This document shows, one piece after another, positions 42,077 to 47,786 of a stretch of DNA of 47,786 bases. The stretch covers positions 1 through 47,786 of the forward strand of contig JAUCBJ010002009.1 in NCBI GenBank assembly GCA_032718475.1, in the 5' to 3' direction. The DNA is from Nemertoderma westbladi. Lineage: Eukaryota; Animalia; Xenacoelomorpha. The notes below the pieces were generated by a model. That model was not told where the DNA came from. It was given only the letters and a program-made list of their open reading frames with translations, and made no database searches. Both the position numbers and the translations under genes were made by a program. Position 1 is the first letter of the stretch. Each line of letters starts with the position of its first letter.

Positions 42077-42736
42077 TTTTATTCTTAATACTCCGAGAAG
42101 AAATCGTTAAATTAACTAAATAATCAATTAACGCTCTTATGATCAATAAGTAATAAGTACAAATGTTACACTAATAAAGAATATTTATTCAGTTTTAACT
42201 ACTAATCTATGCAGTATGATATTCACCGGTAAATAGAATTCCTTCAAAACAAACCGAGGTCTTTTTCAAAGTAAGTAGGCCTAAAATTCGTCAAAATCAA
42301 AACCACTACGATAATATTTAGGGAGATACGAAATATTATCTACATCTCAAGGAAGTCCCTTTAAAATACCGTTTTTATTATTTTTCTATCCTCATAAAAT
42401 GTTAATGAAAATTAACGGTCATTTAGATAAAAGAACTATGATTTTGTTAGCGTCTTTAAATAGTTATTAGCCTGATAATAGGTAAAATAACACTTTCCAA
42501 ACAGACGGATATGATTATTATAAAATCTTATCAGGTATGTGAGGCTAAGATAAAATGTTTTTAGCAAAACGTATTTTTCGATAATTTACTCACATTTGGG
42601 ACTTAGATCTAGATCTTAGCGATTAGATTTACCGACACAAAATAACTATCTCAACAAGGCCATCATGAACTACTATAACTTCTAAATGTATAACTGTTAT
42701 AATAGGTCATGGGCCTATGCGTATGCATATTAATTG

Positions 42737-43169
42737 CCGGTGTAATAGGCTGAGATAACTCCCCACCAAATATGACTCCCCAGTCTTAGCCTAGGCTGAG
42801 AACACTCCCCAGTTTTCTCCCTAGATTTCTTAATTAACGGAAAGGAGCAGGTTACAGTGGCGGGCTTTTCTAACGAAAACAATAAACGATATCTCAATAA
42901 CATAGGTTACAGTTTTATTTTGCAATATACGAAAATAACACAGGGACGGATATGAATTATAACTCAAATAGGGGAGTAATCTGTCATCTCAACCTAAGGG
43001 GAGTCATCTCAGCCTAATGGGAGTGGGAGTGTTCTCATGCCTAGGCTGAGATAAACTGGGGAGTGTTATCAGCCTAGGCTGAAACGACTGAGGAGTGTTC
43101 TCTGCCTAGGCTGAGATGACTGGGAAGTCATTTCAAGAGGGAGTGAGTTATCTCAGCCTTGTACACCGG
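42737..43169. mobile_element. MITE-like element with 25-bp TIRs and palindromic subterminal repeats
   Basis: CCGGTGTAATAGGCTGAGATAACTC / GAGTTATCTCAGCCTTGTACACCGG (2 mismatches); multiple internal CTCAGCCTAGGCTGAGA-like motifs; no clear TSD. Confidence 0.8.
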
Positions 43170-43474
43170 TCATTTTACTATCTAAAACAATACATTCCCA
43201 TAAACAATTACTGTTAAAAACGACTTCCTATATTTACAGTGCGCCATCAAGTAGTTTGAACATTGAAAGGCGTCAGGCAAAGTGTTTTGAGTTCTGGAGT
43301 TATTTTTAATAAAATTGTGGAATAAGAGACAGCAAACTAACAAATTTACAATTAATTGTTACAAATTTTTTACTTTCAATAACACACTGGCATACCGAAA
43401 GAAAATACACAATAATTAAAATAATAAAACAGTAAAACAGTAAACATAATCATTACGGGAGTTTACGAGAATGT

Positions 43475-44820
43475 AATAAGGCCTAACGTTAATAGGTAGG
43501 GCTACTGCTAATCCCGTACTACACAGCTGAAATCAACGTTAATAGGTAGGGCTACTGCTAATCCCGTACTACACAGACGTTAATAGGTAGGGCTACTGCT
43601 AATCCCGTACTACACAGCTGAAATCAACGTTAATAGGTAGGGCTACTGCTAATCCCGTACTACACAGACGTTAATAGGTAGGGCTACTGCTAATCCCGTA
43701 CTACACAGCTGAAATCAACGTTAATAGGTAGGGCTACTGCTAATCCCGTACTACACAGCTGAATAATAAGGCCTAACGTTAATAGGTAGGGCTACTGCTA
43801 ATCCTGTACCGGTACTACACAGACGTTAATAGGTAGGGCTACTGCTAATCCCGTACTACACAGCTGAAATCAACGTTAATAGGTAGGGCTACTGCTAATA
43901 CCGTACTACACAGACGTTAATAGGTAGGGCTACTGCTAATACCGTACTACACAGACGTTAATAGGTAGGGCTACTGCTAATACCGTACTACACAGACGTT
44001 AATAGGTAGGGCTACTGCTAATCCCGTACTACACAGCTGAATAATAAGGCCTAACGTTAATAGGTAGGGCTACTGCTAATCCTGTACCGGTACTACACAG
44101 ACGTTAATAGGTAGGGCTACTGCTAATACCGTACTACACAGACGTTAATAGGTAGGGCTACTGCTAATCCCGTACTACACAGCTGAAATCAACGTTAATA
44201 GGTAGGGCTATTGCTAATCCCGTACTACACAGACGTTAATAGGTAGGGCTACTGCTAATCCCGTACTACACAGCTGAAATCAACGTTAATAGGTAGGGCT
44301 ACTGCTAATCCCGTACTACACAGCTGAAATCAACGTTAATAGGTAGGGCTACTGCTAATCCCGTACTACACAGCTGAATAATAAGGCCTAACGTTAATAG
44401 GTAGGGCTACTGCTAATCCCGTACTACACAGCTGAATAATAAGGCCTAACGTTAATAGGTAGGGCTACTGCTAATCCCGTACTACACAGCTGAATAATAA
44501 GGCCTAACGTTAATAGGTAGGGCTACTGCTAATCCCGTACTACACAGCTGAAATCAACGTTAATAGGTAGGGCTAATGCTAATCCCGTACTACACACCTG
44601 AAATCAACGTTAATAGGCAGGGCTACTGCTAATCCCGTACTACACACCTGAAATCAACGTTAATAGGTAGGGCTACTGCTAATCCCGTACTACACAGCTG
44701 AAATCAACGTTAATAGGTAGGGCTACTGCTAATCCCGTACTACACAGCTGAATAATAAGGCCTAACGTTAATAGGTAGGGCTACTGCTAATCCCGTACCG
44801 GTACTACACAGCTGAAATCA
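43475..44820. repeat. Modular minisatellite: about 27 copies of a 41-bp core with 0-, 9- or 17-bp linkers
   Basis: Core ACGTTAATAGGTAGGGCTACTGCTAATCCCGTACTACACAG; linkers are none, CTGAAATCA or CTGAATAATAAGGCCTA. Confidence 0.96.
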
Positions 44821-46784
44821 GATATGTACATTAGTAAAATGTCCCATAAAACTAAGGTATTTAAAACCAATGCCAAATTCCCATCATATGCATTGTTGAG
44901 GATGTCGCTTAGCAACTATAATTTGCTCTATCAACCTTTTACTAAATTTTTATTGGGTAGATCTTTAGCCAATCCCTGTTCCTTGGCAGAGAGAGCCAGG
45001 GGATAAATTACCACTCTAATTTATTTAGTTATAATATTCAGCGTAACATTTTAGTTATTTTTTGCTTCAAAGTTTTAAGCATAGGCCTACATATAAGTGT
45101 ATCATTATAATTTTATAGATTATAATTATAATTTTATATATTACTATTAATTATATATTTAATGTCTATTTGAATTATACAGTAGTGTATTATGTATTAA
45201 CTATTAGTATATGAAAGCCGTCCACAGGTGACTTATGGAGGATCGCTAGAAGTCGGCTAGTTTACATAGGGAGTATTTAGGTTAGGCCAAGTTCCAATCA
45301 CTCGTGGGTCGTGTATAAAGGTGACTTATTCGACCCAGTGAACTGAGTGTAAGTCGCACGTGGTCGGCTGGCCGGCTTACATACTGTATATCATCATAGG
45401 CCTGCAATAGACTATATGGAGGGTCGCTAAAAGTCGCAAAAGTTTATATGTAGACTATAGGTGGATCCGACTTTGCCGACCAATTCGACTCTTCCGACCA
45501 CCCCTTGTTGGGCGGGCTTTCCACTGTAGAGTAGACCAGTTAAAGGTGGCTAGGCTAGTGGTTGGTAGGCTATAATTCTGTAATTAGTTAATTAATTACC
45601 TTCATTTGCGACAAATAGATATTGCACAATATAAATTATTGCAGTACTACAGGTTAATTTATTTTTGGGTATAGGCTTTGCCTATAATATATTACTGATA
45701 CTTGTACTGAAGGCCTAAGTGAACAGCAGTAGAGATACCGGTACCAACCAGTAGAACCTACGCAGAGCAGAGTGCACAGGTGCACAGACGGCCTATGATG
45801 CACACATACTGTAGCAGTAAGATAGCCAAGACCTAGCATCCCTAGTTAATAATACTAGTACTTTCTTATTCCAAAGTGTTCTAGAACATTGTGTATTTAT
45901 TAAATAGGATAAATATTCTGCGGCAGAATCAAATGCAGGCAACATTTGAAAGCTCATATCTCAGCTATTTCCCAACCAAATTCAAATGTTTTACATATTT
46001 GGAATCCTTGCGCGGTCAGCTTTCGAATGGTGCTAACAAGTCACTTCAAGGTTGAATTATGACTACTGTGTAACTGCGGTGCAATATCGACGTAAATACC
46101 TTTATGAAACGCTTTTACTTTAGGTAAAGAATTAAAGCGAAAATGAAAATCCTTACTCACCCACTATGGAGGAGGGAGATGAACCTATTTTTGTTTCAAA
46201 TTTCATTCAATCTCATTAAGATTTGTAAATTAAATTGGGGCTAGGGGTTCCATGTACCTGAATTACGACGTCGATATATTCAAAGATATGTTATATATAA
46301 TTAGTTTCTAATAATGTATTCATCTGTAATATAAAGTTCAATATTATGGCATGAAAATATAAATATATATATATTGCGGTTATTTTATTATATTTTTCGT
46401 ATATTGTTCGAACCAGGGCAGGGGCTGGCATTTTTGTTTTGCTGTTTGTTTTAGTGATTCCCTCTCATTACATCGCATTCTATTGGTTTCCCGCATGCCA
46501 ACAGCCCCGCCTCTCCCATACACTGACGTCACCAGGGCGTTACTAGGTGAAATCAGCTCCTTATAGGTTAAAGTACCTGGTTATGGGAAGCAAGTTGCCA
46601 TCCATCACATCCATCCATAGGTTTCCTTGTACTGCAGTAGAAAGCTCTTTGTTAGGGGAAGATAATTTTCACGGCGTACCGTATATATTTAATAATTAAT
46701 AATTTGTATTGCCTTGGCTTTATCAGAGACTTTTTTTAAACTGACAATCCTAGGTTTTTTTAATGGGATGTTTTATTCATGTGT

Positions 46785-47038
46785 GAGACAGGGGGGAAAC
46801 TGGACGCAAATCCCACCTTGGCGAATTAATATCCCGCCTCAATGTTAAATTCTAAATTTAGGGAAAGGAGCAGGTTACAGTGGCACGTTATTTTAACCAA
46901 AACAATAAACTAAACACAATAGAACAGGTTACAGTTTTATTTTTGAGAGTAATCAGCTGTTATTTGCGTGGAATTTCCCCTGGAGAGGGATGAATTTTTA
47001 TTGCGTCCAGTTTCCCCCCCCCCCCCCCCCCCTATCTG
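46785..47038 (+). mobile_element. G/C-tract MITE, copy 2
   Basis: Colinear and highly similar to 24129-24391; GAGACAGGGGGGAAACTGGACGCAA ... TTGCGTCCAGTTT-C(n)-TATCTG. Confidence 0.88.
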
Positions 47039-47118
47039 TATTATGTACATGACTTTGACGTGTATCTACACGTATTTGTAATTTTTATATTATATTTATT
47101 TAATTATGTTATCACACG

Positions 47119-47169
47119 TGAATTTTTATTGCGTCCAGCCCCCCCCCCCCCCCACCCCTCCCCTGTCTG
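47119..47169 (+). mobile_element. G/C-tract MITE, isolated right end
   Basis: TGAATTTTTATTGCGTCCAG-C(n)-TGTCTG. Confidence 0.7.
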
Positions 47170-47186
47170 TTTATTCCGCGTTAGAC

Positions 47187-47408
47187 CAGATGGGGGGGGG
47201 GGGGGGGGGGACTGGACACAATAAAAATGCATCCTTCTCCAGGGGAAATTCGACGCAAATAACAGCTGCTCAAAATTAAAACTGTAACCTGTTCTATTGT
47301 GTTTAGTTTAGTGTTTTAGATAAAATATCGTGCCACTGTAACCTGCTCCTTTCCCTAAATTGAGAATTTAACATTGAGGCGGAATATTAATTCGCCAAGA
47401 CGGGATTT
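47187..47408 (-). mobile_element. G/C-tract MITE, copy 3, inverted and missing one end
   Basis: Reverse complement of copy 2 (CAGATG-G(n)-ACTGGAC ... GCCACTGTAACCTGCTCCTTTCCCTAAA ... GGGATTT). Confidence 0.85.
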
Positions 47409-47559
47409 TCGGTCTACTGTTTTCTGTCTTACTAGTCTACGGTATTTTATTATTCAACTTGAGTAATCAGATTATCATAAAATGCTTAAAGACTAAATAT
47501 TATTGCTAAATATCCTTCTGCGCTAATTGTTATCATATAATTATAATGATCCCACCGGT

Positions 47560-47786
47560 ATGGCTCGGTCTATGAAGGGGTCGCTAACATCTTCCCCAGT
47601 AAAGCGGCTGAACCCACGCGACACCGCCCAGATATGGTCACAACTTCCCGGGTCCAGCGAAAAGATTGTGGAAGTTCGCCCCGGTCGCTTCATCAACGTC
47701 CAGGCAGTAAACCCGTTGATTAAACGACTCCCAAAGGATCGATTCAGTTCACTGCCCCCGACCACCCGCAAGGAAAGACGTCGCTC
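47560..47786 (+). CDS. Probable coding exon running off the window; weak resemblance to the ABHD8 N-terminus; strand uncertain
   Basis: Sharp GC rise at ~47547. ATG at 47560 is open to the edge (MARSMKGSLTSSPVKRL...EKIVEVRPGRFINVQ), and VEVRPGR recalls ABHD8 VEVKPGR. An antisense frame is also open. Confidence 0.4.
   Translation, partial: MARSMKGSLTSSPVKRLNPRDTAQIWSQLPGSSEKIVEVRPGRFINVQAVNPLIKRLPKDRFSSLPPTTRKERRR

Noticed and set aside
43475-44820. CRISPR array
   Set aside because: The 'spacers' are only three recurring linkers (0, 9 or 17 bp) derived from flanking sequence, and there are no cas genes.
45225-45500. Short diverged repeats (GGTGACTTAT; ATGGAGG.TCGCTA.AAGTCG)
   Set aside because: Probably a TE remnant, but no termini or TSD could be defined.
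47541-47771. Minus-strand 76-aa ORF as a terminal exon
   Set aside because: No recognised motif, and the + frame with ATG at 47560 is slightly more plausible. The minus-strand reading is not excluded.

Overview
AT-rich eukaryotic DNA, probably from an invertebrate animal, with spliceosomal introns; this is not a prokaryotic locus. There are two motile-cilia genes on the minus strand. (1) A divergent axonemal dynein heavy chain-like gene has two exons (19395-19709 plus one 15.4-kb exon, 3578-18997; about 5244 aa), and its AAA1 and AAA4 ATPase motifs are degenerate. (2) BBOF1/CCDC176 has nine coding exons (42076 to 26454; 530 aa). The most striking structure lies in BBOF1 intron 6: about 175 tandem copies of a 39-bp unit made of the last 30 nt of exon 6 plus the first 9 intron nt. 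This is an in-frame array of 5' splice donors, interrupted by a young 5'-truncated RTE-type LINE with a target-site duplication. The window also holds a second LINE at the left edge, a degraded LINE containing a 28-bp minisatellite, two head-to-tail Helentron-type non-autonomous elements, G/C-tract MITEs, a modular 41-bp minisatellite, and a probable coding exon at the right edge. All coordinates and homology calls were made by eye.
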